DNA of 64,000 nucleotides from Candidatus Dojkabacteria bacterium UBA4813 (GTDB lineage Bacteria; Patescibacteriota; Dojkabacteria; SC72), in assembly GCA_002402455.1 (NCBI GenBank), contig DHFX01000001.1, positions 3,358 through 67,357 on the forward strand, written 5' to 3'. Position numbers and translations under genes: made by a program. This document shows positions 19,091 through 29,463 of the stretch, piece by piece. The number at the start of each line of letters is the position of its first letter. Positions within the stretch are counted from its first letter, which is position 1. The notes under the pieces are model-generated. The model made no database searches. It saw only the letters and a program-made list of their open reading frames with translations, and was not told the origin of the DNA.

Positions 19091-21697
19091 ATGAGCGAGA
19101 CTCCAATGATGAAACAATATCTGGGTTTTAAAAAACAATACCCGGATAAAATAGTCCTATTTAGAATGGGTGACTTCTTCGAGACATTTGGTGAAGATGC
19201 CAAAATAACTTCCAAGGTTTTAAATATTACCCTTACCAAAAGGGATAAAACAAAGAATGCTACCCTACTCGCTGGATTTCCACATAAAGCAATAGATCAA
19301 TACCTTCCGAAGTTCATTAAAGGTGGTTACTGCGTTGTAATAGTCGACCAGTTGGAAGATCCTAAATTTGCTAAAGGCATAGTAAAGAGAGGAATTACGA
19401 GGATAGTTACCCCTGGTACTTTAGATGGAGAGCAAGCCAGTAGTGTGAAAGACTCTTACTTAGCAGCAATATATCAGGATAAAAAAGAGATAAGCATTTC
19501 TCTTTGTGATCTGTCTACTGGGAAATTCTTTCTAATAAACGATCCCTTTAGGAGTGATTTAGTAAGCCATGTAATCTCCTCTTATTCTCCGGCTGAGATT
19601 TTATTACTTGAAGGAGAAGAGGGGGTGAATGTGGGAGATCTGCCCGTACAGTTTATAGACAAATCTCTTAGGAATAGAGAATATTCTGAAGAGTTAATTA
19701 AAAAGTTCTACGAAATTAAAAGTGTGAATTCCTTGGATATCAAAGAAAGAAGTGAAGATCTTGTTTCAGTTGCCATGATAATAAAATATATAGAGGACAC
19801 TCAGTTGATGAATCCTTCTCACATAATGAAACCAAGAAGAATCAAGTTAAACAAGCGAATGGTCTTGGACTCTTTTACAATTAAAAATCTTGAATTAGTA
19901 GCCAATTCTTATACAGGAGGAATAGAAAATTCTTTGTTTTCTGTTATAGACAAAACCCAGAGTCCTATGGGCAGACGCCTACTCTACTCTTGGATACTAA
20001 ATCCCTTAATAGAGAAAAAGGAAATAGATGAAAGACTAAATCTGGTAGAAAAATTTACAGAAAGTAGAAAAATTTTAGAGGAAATCCGAGAGAGGGTTGG
20101 AGAGATAAATGATATTGAGAGAATCGTCGGAAAGATAGGACTAGGGAGGGTTAATGCAAGAGATATGAAGGCACTCCAAGCTTCTCTAGAGAATGCGTTG
20201 GAGGTTTTAAATATTGTAACGAAAGAGTTAAAAGTGACTTACAGGCAAATAGACATAGGAGTCATAAAAGAACTAATAGGGGAAATAGACAAAACCATAA
20301 AAGAAGATCCTCCAATAACAATAATGGAGGGAGGAATAATAAAAGAAGGGTTTAATGAAGATATAGATAAACTACGAAGCCTTACAGGGGACAGTAGATC
20401 CTGGATAAAAGATTTCGAAAAGGAAGAAAAGGAGAGAACGGGTATCCCATCTTTGAAAGTTGGTTTTAATAGAGTTTTTGGTTATTATATAGAAGTTACG
20501 AAAACACATCAGGAGAAAGTGCCTTCTAGGTACATAAGAAAACAGACGCTCGTAAATTCGGAGAGATATATAACAGAAGAATTGAAAGAAAAAGAGAGCA
20601 TAATTTTAAATGCACAAGAGAGAATTTTTGAATTAGAATATGAAATATTTGTTAAGTTTAGAGACACCTTTATTCCATTCCTAAAACAACTTCAGGAAGT
20701 TTCTTCGGTAATTGCGAGAGTAGATGCCCTTTCCGGTTTTGCCAAGGTTGCACTTGAATTTGATTATGTTAAGCCTCAGATATATGAAATGGGAGAAAAA
20801 GACGGTATCATAAATATAGTTAATGGAAGGCATCCTCTAGTTGAAAGAATTTCCGAGGAAGAGTTTATTTCCAATGATACATATTTGGACCTAAAAGATC
20901 ATACTATGGCAATTCTTACGGGTCCTAATATGTCCGGTAAATCTACATACATTAGGCAAGTGGCAACGATTGTTCTTCTTGCCCAAATAGGAAGCTTTGT
21001 TCCGGCTAAAAGTGCTCAGATATCTTTAGTAGATAGAATTTTTACCAGAGTTGGAGCTTCAGATGATCTTAGTAGAGGAAGAAGTACTTTTATGGTCGAA
21101 ATGGATGAGGCAGCAAATATTATAAACAATGCAACAAAATATAGCTTAATAGTTCTAGATGAAATTGGCAGAGGAACAAGCACCTATGATGGTGTAAGTA
21201 TCGCTTGGGCCTTGTCAGAATATCTAATTAAGGAATTAAAAGCTAGGTGTCTTTTTGCTACACATTACCATGAACTACTTAAACTTTCGGAGAAATTCCC
21301 TGAGAGTGTTAAAAATTACAATGTTCTTGTTGAGGAGGATATAGAGGAAGGGACTGTTATATTCTTGCGAAAAATTGTTGAAGGAGGAACAGACAGGAGT
21401 TATGGTATTTATGTTGCTAAGATGGCTGGTTTACCGGATAAGGTTATTAAAAGGGCAAACGAGATTTTGGAGAGTTTTGAACAGAAAAATATGTTTACAA
21501 AAAGGAGCGACATTAGGGAAGCAACAATAGAAAAGATGGAGGGAAAACAGAGCAAAATAAAAGAAAACGGCTTTCAGTACCCTCTATTTACAGCAAAAGA
21601 ATCAGAAATTGAGAAGGAAATACAGAATTTAGATATAGACAACCTTACTCCTATAGAAGCTTTAAATAAAATCTCCACATGGAAGAAAAAGATTTAA
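19091..21697 (+). CDS. mutS: DNA mismatch repair protein MutS
   Basis: TPMMKQY, FRMGDFFE, TGPNMSGKST, STFMVEM, DEIGRGT, FATHYHEL. Confidence 0.98.
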   Translation: MSETPMMKQYLGFKKQYPDKIVLFRMGDFFETFGEDAKITSKVLNITLTKRDKTKNATLLAGFPHKAIDQYLPKFIKGGYCVVIVDQLEDPKFAKGIVKRGITRIVTPGTLDGEQASSVKDSYLAAIYQDKKEISISLCDLSTGKFFLINDPFRSDLVSHVISSYSPAEILLLEGEEGVNVGDLPVQFIDKSLRNREYSEELIKKFYEIKSVNSLDIKERSEDLVSVAMIIKYIEDTQLMNPSHIMKPRRIKLNKRMVLDSFTIKNLELVANSYTGGIENSLFSVIDKTQSPMGRRLLYSWILNPLIEKKEIDERLNLVEKFTESRKILEEIRERVGEINDIERIVGKIGLGRVNARDMKALQASLENALEVLNIVTKELKVTYRQIDIGVIKELIGEIDKTIKEDPPITIMEGGIIKEGFNEDIDKLRSLTGDSRSWIKDFEKEEKERTGIPSLKVGFNRVFGYYIEVTKTHQEKVPSRYIRKQTLVNSERYITEELKEKESIILNAQERIFELEYEIFVKFRDTFIPFLKQLQEVSSVIARVDALSGFAKVALEFDYVKPQIYEMGEKDGIINIVNGRHPLVERISEEEFISNDTYLDLKDHTMAILTGPNMSGKSTYIRQVATIVLLAQIGSFVPAKSAQISLVDRIFTRVGASDDLSRGRSTFMVEMDEAANIINNATKYSLIVLDEIGRGTSTYDGVSIAWALSEYLIKELKARCLFATHYHELLKLSEKFPESVKNYNVLVEEDIEEGTVIFLRKIVEGGTDRSYGIYVAKMAGLPDKVIKRANEILESFEQKNMFTKRSDIREATIEKMEGKQSKIKENGFQYPLFTAKESEIEKEIQNLDIDNLTPIEALNKISTWKKKI

Positions 21698-21714
21698 CAA
21701 ACAAGTAGGAAACA

Positions 21715-22488
21715 CTAAACTGTGATGTAGTAGCCTCTTGAATATTTATTCCCAATGACATTTATTCCTGTGCAAAGAAGAAACTTTTCTCTGATTCTTT
21801 GCACATAAATTCGTACACTCTCTTGCTTATATGTATTGCCTGTTTTATTCTCAAGCCCCTCTTTAAGATCTTCACATCTTAAGTATGTTCCTTCTTTCAT
21901 CAGCAACGACAAAAGGGCGGTTTCTGTATCTGCAAGGAAGATTTTGCAATCATTAAAAATTGCGTAATTAGATCTCTCGTTAAGGTATATTCCGTGATAT
22001 TTTTTGAAATTGTATGATGAGAGATGGTCGCTAAGGGTTATTACATATCTAAAAAGAATACCCTCTACCGTTACTTGGTTTAAAGGTTTTGTTAGAACAA
22101 ATTCGATTCCATAGCTAATTAATTCTTGTATTTCCTTGTAATAAATATTTCGGAATACAAGTTCCTTTGAGTTCACTTCCGAGTTTTGAGGAACCCTTTC
22201 CATAATTGCAAAAATTGGGATTCCTAAGTATTGGTCTTTGAGTTGTTGGATAAAGTTAAAAATTCCCCTTTTATTTCGAAACAATTCTCGGTTTAATCCT
22301 TGGGTATTGCGAAAGAGATCGATGTCTAGAAAGATGACTTTTATGCCGGATTCCTTGGGTTGTGGCTTAAGGGTTGATATCGTTCGCATAGTAAATCTAC
22401 AGTAGCATTGATCAATCTGGCGAAAGAAGTTTTTTGTTTCTACTGATTTTGTTATAACCAAGACACTACCACTATTTCTGTATCCCAT
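21715..22488 (-). CDS. Atypical OmpR-like regulator (degenerate receiver plus winged helix)
   Basis: IFLDIDL and LTKP receiver remnants; C-terminal ETALLSLL...SVRIYVQRIREK...RGYY. Confidence 0.65.
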   Translation of the reverse strand: MGYRNSGSVLVITKSVETKNFFRQIDQCYCRFTMRTISTLKPQPKESGIKVIFLDIDLFRNTQGLNRELFRNKRGIFNFIQQLKDQYLGIPIFAIMERVPQNSEVNSKELVFRNIYYKEIQELISYGIEFVLTKPLNQVTVEGILFRYVITLSDHLSSYNFKKYHGIYLNERSNYAIFNDCKIFLADTETALLSLLMKEGTYLRCEDLKEGLENKTGNTYKQESVRIYVQRIREKFLLCTGINVIGNKYSRGYYITV

Positions 22489-22521
22489 GAAGCAAGCAAG
22501 TATGTTTAAATTACAAGAGCT

Positions 22522-23838
22522 TTAACCTATTTTTGCTGGTACATCTGTTACTGAAACTAGTAGTTGTTCTGAAGTTTTCATATTTTTAAGCAGGACTTTA
22601 TTCTTTTCTTTCTCTTCTTGACCCATTATTAATACCCAGGGAATGGACTTTTTGTTAGCATAATCTAATTGTTTGGAAAGTTTCATTTCTTCCAATTGAA
22701 CTTCTGTATTAATTCCATTGTCTCTAAGAAAGGAAGCCATCCTGAAGGATTCTTTTGTATATTCTTTGTCCATAAGGGTTATAAATAGTTCTGTGTTAGG
22801 GGTATACGGAGGTAAAAGATTGTAAGTTTTTAGATAATCTAAGGTGGTAATATCTCCCCAGCCCAATCCAAATGCTGGGAGTTTCTCTTCGCCAAAAATT
22901 TCCAGAAGATTATCGTATCTTCCTCCACCAAACAGGGCTCTTGGATTTTTATTTCCACCAATGTCAAACATCTCCATTACGGTTCCTGTGTAATAGTCCA
23001 GACCTCTTACTATGTAAGGGCAGAATTTTACATTGTTTATCTCCAATTCGTCTAGTAAAGAGAAGAGCTCTAGGAGTTGCTTTGCACCTTTGGACTTCTC
23101 TTTTATTTCCTCTAAGTCGTTTAGATTCCATTGAAGAAACTCTTCAAGTTGCTTGATCTGTTCGCTATTAAGATTAATCTCCTTTAGATATTTTGGGAAA
23201 TTATTCTTACTTATTTTAGGGAAAATATCTATTGCTTTGGTAATATTACTCTTTTGCTCTTCCGAAGCTTTGAGAATATCATTATAAAGATAATCTAACA
23301 AATAACGGCTACTAATTCTCAATTCGTAAGTTTCTTTTGGGGCTTTAAGCCGTTGCATAACAGCTATTATAAACTGAGTGATCTCTACTTCTGATGTTCT
23401 GTCCTCTATTCCCAATATATCAATATTGAGTTGAGAGAACTCTCTATTTCTTCCCCTTTGGGGCTTTTCGTATCTATAAAATTTCCCGATGTTAAAAAGT
23501 CTTAATGGGAGCCTTAGTTCCTTTCTTTTAGCCGCGATAACCCTAGCTAAGGAAGGTGTCATCTCCGGCCTGATGGCTATCTCTCTCCCACCCTTATCCG
23601 TGAAGGCATAAAGTTGTTTGTTTGCAAGTTCTTCTCCGGATTTTGCTTTGTAAAGAGAAGCCTCTTCTAGTAGAGGAGTATCATACTCTTCATAACCAAA
23701 ACTTTTGGCAGTCTCTTTCCAAATACCAAAGAGATAGTTTCTGTAAAACATCTCTTCCGGGTAGCTATCTGAGGTCCCCTTGTAAGGTGAGGTGCTCAAT
23801 CTTGTCTGTTTGTTTTTGCTTGTACTTTTTAATTCCAT
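22522..23838 (-). CDS. hisS: Histidine--tRNA ligase
   Basis: RPEMTPSLAR, RYEKPQRGR, VRGLDYYTG, GGGRYD. Confidence 0.97.
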   Translation of the reverse strand: MELKSTSKNKQTRLSTSPYKGTSDSYPEEMFYRNYLFGIWKETAKSFGYEEYDTPLLEEASLYKAKSGEELANKQLYAFTDKGGREIAIRPEMTPSLARVIAAKRKELRLPLRLFNIGKFYRYEKPQRGRNREFSQLNIDILGIEDRTSEVEITQFIIAVMQRLKAPKETYELRISSRYLLDYLYNDILKASEEQKSNITKAIDIFPKISKNNFPKYLKEINLNSEQIKQLEEFLQWNLNDLEEIKEKSKGAKQLLELFSLLDELEINNVKFCPYIVRGLDYYTGTVMEMFDIGGNKNPRALFGGGRYDNLLEIFGEEKLPAFGLGWGDITTLDYLKTYNLLPPYTPNTELFITLMDKEYTKESFRMASFLRDNGINTEVQLEEMKLSKQLDYANKKSIPWVLIMGQEEKEKNKVLLKNMKTSEQLLVSVTDVPAKIG

Positions 23839-23922
23839 TTGAAAATTATATCACAATAGAATTTGTTCTGTGCCATATTACTAACATTGAATAAGAAGAG
23901 TAAATAGGATATATTTGAAAGT

Positions 23923-26900
23923 ATGAGATATAGTGTCGGAATAACTAACTCTAAAAAGAGAAAAAGTACAGGGAATTCTAGAAATTCAAGAAAATCGAAG
24001 AGCTTTTCAAAGGCTTTTAGTCCTACCCAGTTTGATAAGTTTAAGAGTTTTAAGAAATATAGTTCTAAAAATGTAAAAAAGAAGAAAAGTAAAAGTAAGG
24101 GAGGTTTTAATTCGACAAGTCCTAAAGGGAAGAAACCACCTTTGAATTTAAAAGCTAAAAAAGCTGTATATATTGGTGTCGGGATTCTGTTTTTCTTGGG
24201 TTGTTCAGCCCTTATAGGGATAGGTATCTATCTAAAGAATCTACAGGATTCTTTACCTTCACCGGATGAATTAGTAGAGAGGTCTTCTGATCAGAGTACC
24301 CAGATATTGGATAGAGAGGGGGAGCTACTTTATACAGTGTATGGAGATCAGAACAGGGAGTTTGTGTCTATAGATGAAATCCCAGAGCATACTAAGTGGG
24401 CAGTTATAGCTGCCGAGGATATAGAATTCTATCAACACAAAGGAATTGACTATTTTGGTGTTGCACAAGCATTTTTGCAAAATCTGAGGGCGGGTGGAGT
24501 TGTTAGAGGGGGTAGTACTATCACGCAACAGTTGGTTAAGAGTACCATTTTATACGATGTTTTGGGTGACGAGGCTTTTGCTCAGACATATTCTAGGAAG
24601 ATAAAGGAGATTCTTATCACAATGCAGGTTGAGCAGAGTTTTACGAAGGATGAAATTTTGCAGATGTACATGAATGAAATTCCTTTGGGAGGGGTTAATT
24701 ATGGTTTCCAAGCAGCTGCCAATTCCTATTTTGACAAAGATGTTAACGAGCTTACCTTGGCTGAGAGTGCTTTATTAGCGGGATTAATACAGAGTCCGGG
24801 TGTATACTCTCCTCTTTTTGGTTCCAACCCAGAGATGGCAGAGGAGCGACAGGAGTATGTTTTAGACCAGATGTATAAGCACAGAAAGTTAACGGGAGTG
24901 ACAGAAGAGGAGATTGAGGAAGCAAGGAAAGAAGAGATGGTGTACACCTCTAAGAAGATAGATATAGAGGCGCCACATTTTGTCTTTTACGTAAAGCAAC
25001 TGCTTGAAGAGGAATTTGGTGCTGATAGAGTTGAGAGGGGTGGTCTGAAGGTAACAACTTCTCTGGATTCTTCGCTGCAAACAATTGCGGAGGAAGAGGT
25101 TAGAAGGGGTGTTGATGGTGCGAAGAGATACAATGTAAATAATGGTTCTATGGTGGTTTTAGATCCGAAGACTGGGGAGATTTTGGCTATGGTTGGTTCT
25201 GTGGACTACTTTAATGTAGAAGATCCTCGAGTTGACGGGAATGTTAATATTACAACAAGTTATAGGCAAATGGGTTCATCTGTTAAGCCGTTTGTTTATC
25301 TGACTGCGATTAACCGTGGGTATGGACCTTGGTTACTTACCCCGGATATCCCCGAAATATCTTTTGGTACCTACAAGCCAACTAACTGGGATAGAAAATA
25401 TGAAGGTTTAATTACTGCTAGAAGAGCATTGGTTCAGTCCAGAAATGTCCCTGCTGTTTATACTTTGCAGCTGGCAGGTATAGATAACTTCTTGCAGATA
25501 ATGGAAAAAGTCGGAGTTCCTGGGCTTGCAAGCAAAGTTGAATACGGATTGAGCTTAGGGTTAGGTTCCGGAGAGATGAAGCTTTTGGATTTCACGAATG
25601 CATATGCAACCTTGGCCAATAGTGGCGTAAGGAAGGATATTGTTCCCATACTCAAGGTAGAAGATTCTAAGGGAGAAATACTTTTTGAAGCCGAAGAAAA
25701 CCCTGGGACGAGGGTTATAGATGAAAAGGAGGCATACCTAGTTAATTGGATGATTTGTGATCTTGGTGGGTTTAATGATAAATACGGAAACCAGTATTAC
25801 AATGTCGCAGGCAATAAGCTTTGTGGCAAGACCGGAACAACAGACGGTCCTAGAGATCTCTTAGCGTTTGTGTATAATCAGAATATAGTTGTTGGTGTTT
25901 GGACGGGAAATAATAATAATGAAAATATGCCTGGTGGTTGGTCTTCTACAATTCCACTCCCACTGGCTAGCTCATTCATAAAGAGAGTTATAGAGCATTA
26001 CCCTTCCACTACTTACAACCGTCCTGCAGGTATTCTAACCACATCTGTTTGTAAAGACTCTGGTGCAACTCGTCCTGATGATGCCAGTTGGGATTGTGCA
26101 AAGGAAGCTTCTTTATATATAGCTGGTCGTCCTCCTCAAGTAGATAAAAGAGAGGTTGTTGAAGTTTGTAAAGAGAATGGTCTTCTTCCAAGTAATCTGG
26201 ATGCTGCACAGAAGTATGGGTTAACCGAAACGAAAATTTTTATTAATAAAGAACTAGAAAATTCTTTACAACAAGCGGCATATGAAAAGTATCTTACTAA
26301 GGAAGAAGATTCTAAATATATTATATCTAAACCGGAATCTGGAATATGTCCTCTTCCTTTAGGACCGGATAATGCTCCCGTAATAGACTTGGTTACTCCT
26401 TCAGAGGGGCAATCTGTTGTGAGGGGTAGAAATTTGGAGATTTCAGGACAGGTCAGATATCTGGAGGGTATATCTAAATTTGAAACTAAGTTCGACAGTA
26501 ATAATATAACGGGGGCTTCAATAAATGCAGATGGAAGCTTTGTAGTAAACTATTTTGTCCCAGAAGAAACTCTTTTAGGAAATCATATAATAACAGTATT
26601 AGCAGAGGATAATTATGGTAAAACAGATACAAAGAATATAAATATTAATATTGTTAATGCATCATCTGCTTTTTCCTTGTCATTGACTTCGCCTCTCAAT
26701 GGACAAACATTTACACTTCCGAGTCAATTTCCCGTTGTCTTAGTTGCCAGTATATCCGGAGGAACTGTTGAGAAAGTTACTTTTCAAATTTCTCAGGTTA
26801 CAGGTTCTTATTCCAAAACGCTTACTGACACGGACAGTTCCGGAGGTTGGAGTCAAAACTGGACAAACGACGGAGTGAGTAGTGGAGATTATACGATACA

Positions 26901-26964
26901 GGTATCTGCAGAATCAGGGGGAGCTACAATAGTAGGAAGTTCAATAAGAGTAACTGTAAACTAG
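23923..26964 (+). CDS. Class A penicillin-binding protein with C-terminal Ig-like domains
   Basis: Glycosyltransferase motifs AAED..FY.H.G, GGSTITQQL, RKIKE; transpeptidase motifs SSVK, SRN, KTG; long basic N-terminus. Confidence 0.93.
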   Translation: MRYSVGITNSKKRKSTGNSRNSRKSKSFSKAFSPTQFDKFKSFKKYSSKNVKKKKSKSKGGFNSTSPKGKKPPLNLKAKKAVYIGVGILFFLGCSALIGIGIYLKNLQDSLPSPDELVERSSDQSTQILDREGELLYTVYGDQNREFVSIDEIPEHTKWAVIAAEDIEFYQHKGIDYFGVAQAFLQNLRAGGVVRGGSTITQQLVKSTILYDVLGDEAFAQTYSRKIKEILITMQVEQSFTKDEILQMYMNEIPLGGVNYGFQAAANSYFDKDVNELTLAESALLAGLIQSPGVYSPLFGSNPEMAEERQEYVLDQMYKHRKLTGVTEEEIEEARKEEMVYTSKKIDIEAPHFVFYVKQLLEEEFGADRVERGGLKVTTSLDSSLQTIAEEEVRRGVDGAKRYNVNNGSMVVLDPKTGEILAMVGSVDYFNVEDPRVDGNVNITTSYRQMGSSVKPFVYLTAINRGYGPWLLTPDIPEISFGTYKPTNWDRKYEGLITARRALVQSRNVPAVYTLQLAGIDNFLQIMEKVGVPGLASKVEYGLSLGLGSGEMKLLDFTNAYATLANSGVRKDIVPILKVEDSKGEILFEAEENPGTRVIDEKEAYLVNWMICDLGGFNDKYGNQYYNVAGNKLCGKTGTTDGPRDLLAFVYNQNIVVGVWTGNNNNENMPGGWSSTIPLPLASSFIKRVIEHYPSTTYNRPAGILTTSVCKDSGATRPDDASWDCAKEASLYIAGRPPQVDKREVVEVCKENGLLPSNLDAAQKYGLTETKIFINKELENSLQQAAYEKYLTKEEDSKYIISKPESGICPLPLGPDNAPVIDLVTPSEGQSVVRGRNLEISGQVRYLEGISKFETKFDSNNITGASINADGSFVVNYFVPEETLLGNHIITVLAEDNYGKTDTKNININIVNASSAFSLSLTSPLNGQTFTLPSQFPVVLVASISGGTVEKVTFQISQVTGSYSKTLTDTDSSGGWSQNWTNDGVSSGDYTIQVSAESGGATIVGSSIRVTVN

Positions 26965-29462
26965 ATTAGCTTTACATTCTCATAATCTTTTTCAATTCTT
27001 TTATTTATTTTAAGAAGAATTTCTTTTATTTCCGAATCCTTTAGTGTTTTATTAAAATCACTAGCAGTTATTCTGTAAGTAATCCTCTTTTTCCTCTTAA
27101 GTTTTTCATCTGAATATATATCTAAGCACTCAATTTTATACCAGAGATTTTCCCTTTTTAATATTTGAGTAACTTTATTCTCTAAATCTTTATATTTTAT
27201 TTCTATTGGCATTTCAAAACAGAGGTCCTTTGTAAATGCCGGATAAATAGGTCTTTGTTTATATCTCTTACTAGAAGGTTTTATCTTTATAAGATCATCC
27301 AGATTTATTTCAAATGCTCCACTATATTCTGGTAGTTTATAATTTCCCTTTATAGATGTGTCAATCTCCCCTACTACACCAAGCTTTATCCCTCCTACAG
27401 ATATGATACTCGCTCTATTAGGTTCAAAAATATTTAATATGTTTTTGATATGTGGGGGAAGATCTAACTCTTTGCTTTCTGAAATAAGATCGTATTGAAT
27501 ATTTTCAATCCCTAGGTATCTGAACACTTTCTCCAAATATTTCTTTGCAACAAAATAGGGAGATGAAGTGGTATCGACCTTGACATCGGTCGTTAAACAA
27601 CTTAGATACCAATTCTCTATTGGTAATTTATCTTCCCCTACAAAATTGTTTAAATGGGAAATATTTATTTCGTACATTACGAAAGTTTCTTCTCCTCTAT
27701 CTAGGTTCTCCTTAGCTTTTAGAAGGAGTGATTGAAGTAAAGTTGTTCTCATTAAGGAAAGTCCCGGTGATAGTGGGTTCTGTATCTTGTAGGCAAGGTT
27801 GTCATCCAAATTGCAGTTTTTAAAGGAATCTATTCCTACAAAGCTATAATTTAAAGATTCATTCGCTCCACTATTTGAAAGAACCTCTCTGACAGATTTC
27901 TTGATCTCTATAATAAAATTTTTCTGTGGTGGTGTGATTTCCCTTTGGGGAAGCTTTATTGGAATATTGTTAAAACCGAAAACTCTTCCGATATCTTCGT
28001 AAACATCTTCTTCTATTTCGATATCTTTTCTCCAACTAGGTGATGTTGCTTTTATCCATACATTATCTTTTTTGCCCTCAATTTCAACTCTGTATTCCAG
28101 ATTCTTGAGTATTGTTGCTATCTCCTCTGTTGTAAGCCCAGTCCCGAGAATTGTGTTTAGTTTCTTTGGAAAGATTATTATTGTTACTTCATTTTTTTTC
28201 TCATGATAAATATCTATTATCTCGGAGGCCACTTTTCCCCAGTCGTTCTCTTTTATGATTTCTGTAGCTTTTAATAATCCGGGTAAACACTGCTTAGGGT
28301 CAAGACTCCTCTTAAATCTGGTTGCTGCCTCACTAAAGATACCTAGGCGCATACTTGTTTTTCTAATACTTGTTTTATTGAAGTTTGCAGATTCTAATAT
28401 TATTCTTTTTGTGCTTTCATCTACCTCTGTTTCTTTTCCTCCGATAACGCCGGCAATTGCAATTGGATGTGTGGAGTCTGCAATAACCATTGTTTCTTGA
28501 TCTAGGGTGTAGAGTTTGTTATCCAGACCTAAGATTGTTTCCTGCGGTTGTGCCATTCTGACAATTATATTTGCACTATCTTCTGTGTTTGGATCGTTGC
28601 TTATTATCTTGTCATAATCAAATGCGTGAAGTGGTTGACCTGTTAAAACTGATATGTAATTTGTGATGTCTACAATGTTATTAACGGGTTTGAAACCACA
28701 TTTTATAAGGGTTGATTTCAGCCATACAGGAGATTCTTCTACCTTGACATTATCCAAAGCTAATGCGATATATCTGGGACAGATAGCTTCTGCGTCATTT
28801 ATAACTTTAACGTTTAGGCAAGTATCTTCCGGTTTGAGATTTTTATCATAGTTTAAATACCAATCCGGACTAGTGAATTTCTCTCCCATGATTGCAGTTA
28901 ATTCTCTTGCTATTCCTAAAATTCCAAAAAGGTCTCCTCTATTTGTTAACGCTTTGTTTTCTATTTCAACAATTGTATCGTTGAGATCGTAGTATTCAGC
29001 AAAAGGCTGACCTACAGGAGCGTCATCAGGTAAAACCATTACCCTAGTATGATCATTTCCTAAGTTTAGCTCTCTTGCAGAACCCATCATCCCATTGGAA
29101 GCAAATCCCCTAAGGTTTATTTTTTTTATTACGAAAGGTTTTTGTTCCACTATAATGCTATAAGGAACTATTGCTCCTATCTTGAGGTATGGTACTTTGT
29201 TTCCAATTTCTAGGTTCTTGTCTCCTGCTACAACCTGTACAGGTTCTTTTTCACCATAGTCTATTTTGTAAACGGCTAACTTTTCAGCATTGGGATGATC
29301 TTTCTTTTCTACAATCTGAGCAATTACAATGTCTTTGTAGTCTTCTCTTAAATTGTGACTGTAATCTACTTCTGCGATATGATCTTGTATTAGTTGGACA
29401 ATCTTGGTGTCCTCTACATTAATATCTGTAAATTTTCGTAAAAGGTTTGTACTTAGTCTCAT
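26961..29462 (-). CDS. pheT: Phenylalanine--tRNA ligase beta subunit
   Basis: HPNAEKL, NRGDL, NNIVDITNY, GQPLHAFD, NPLS; follows pheS. Confidence 0.96.
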   Translation of the reverse strand: MRLSTNLLRKFTDINVEDTKIVQLIQDHIAEVDYSHNLREDYKDIVIAQIVEKKDHPNAEKLAVYKIDYGEKEPVQVVAGDKNLEIGNKVPYLKIGAIVPYSIIVEQKPFVIKKINLRGFASNGMMGSARELNLGNDHTRVMVLPDDAPVGQPFAEYYDLNDTIVEIENKALTNRGDLFGILGIARELTAIMGEKFTSPDWYLNYDKNLKPEDTCLNVKVINDAEAICPRYIALALDNVKVEESPVWLKSTLIKCGFKPVNNIVDITNYISVLTGQPLHAFDYDKIISNDPNTEDSANIIVRMAQPQETILGLDNKLYTLDQETMVIADSTHPIAIAGVIGGKETEVDESTKRIILESANFNKTSIRKTSMRLGIFSEAATRFKRSLDPKQCLPGLLKATEIIKENDWGKVASEIIDIYHEKKNEVTIIIFPKKLNTILGTGLTTEEIATILKNLEYRVEIEGKKDNVWIKATSPSWRKDIEIEEDVYEDIGRVFGFNNIPIKLPQREITPPQKNFIIEIKKSVREVLSNSGANESLNYSFVGIDSFKNCNLDDNLAYKIQNPLSPGLSLMRTTLLQSLLLKAKENLDRGEETFVMYEINISHLNNFVGEDKLPIENWYLSCLTTDVKVDTTSSPYFVAKKYLEKVFRYLGIENIQYDLISESKELDLPPHIKNILNIFEPNRASIISVGGIKLGVVGEIDTSIKGNYKLPEYSGAFEINLDDLIKIKPSSKRYKQRPIYPAFTKDLCFEMPIEIKYKDLENKVTQILKRENLWYKIECLDIYSDEKLKRKKRITYRITASDFNKTLKDSEIKEILLKINKRIEKDYENVKLI

Positions 29463-29463
29463 T

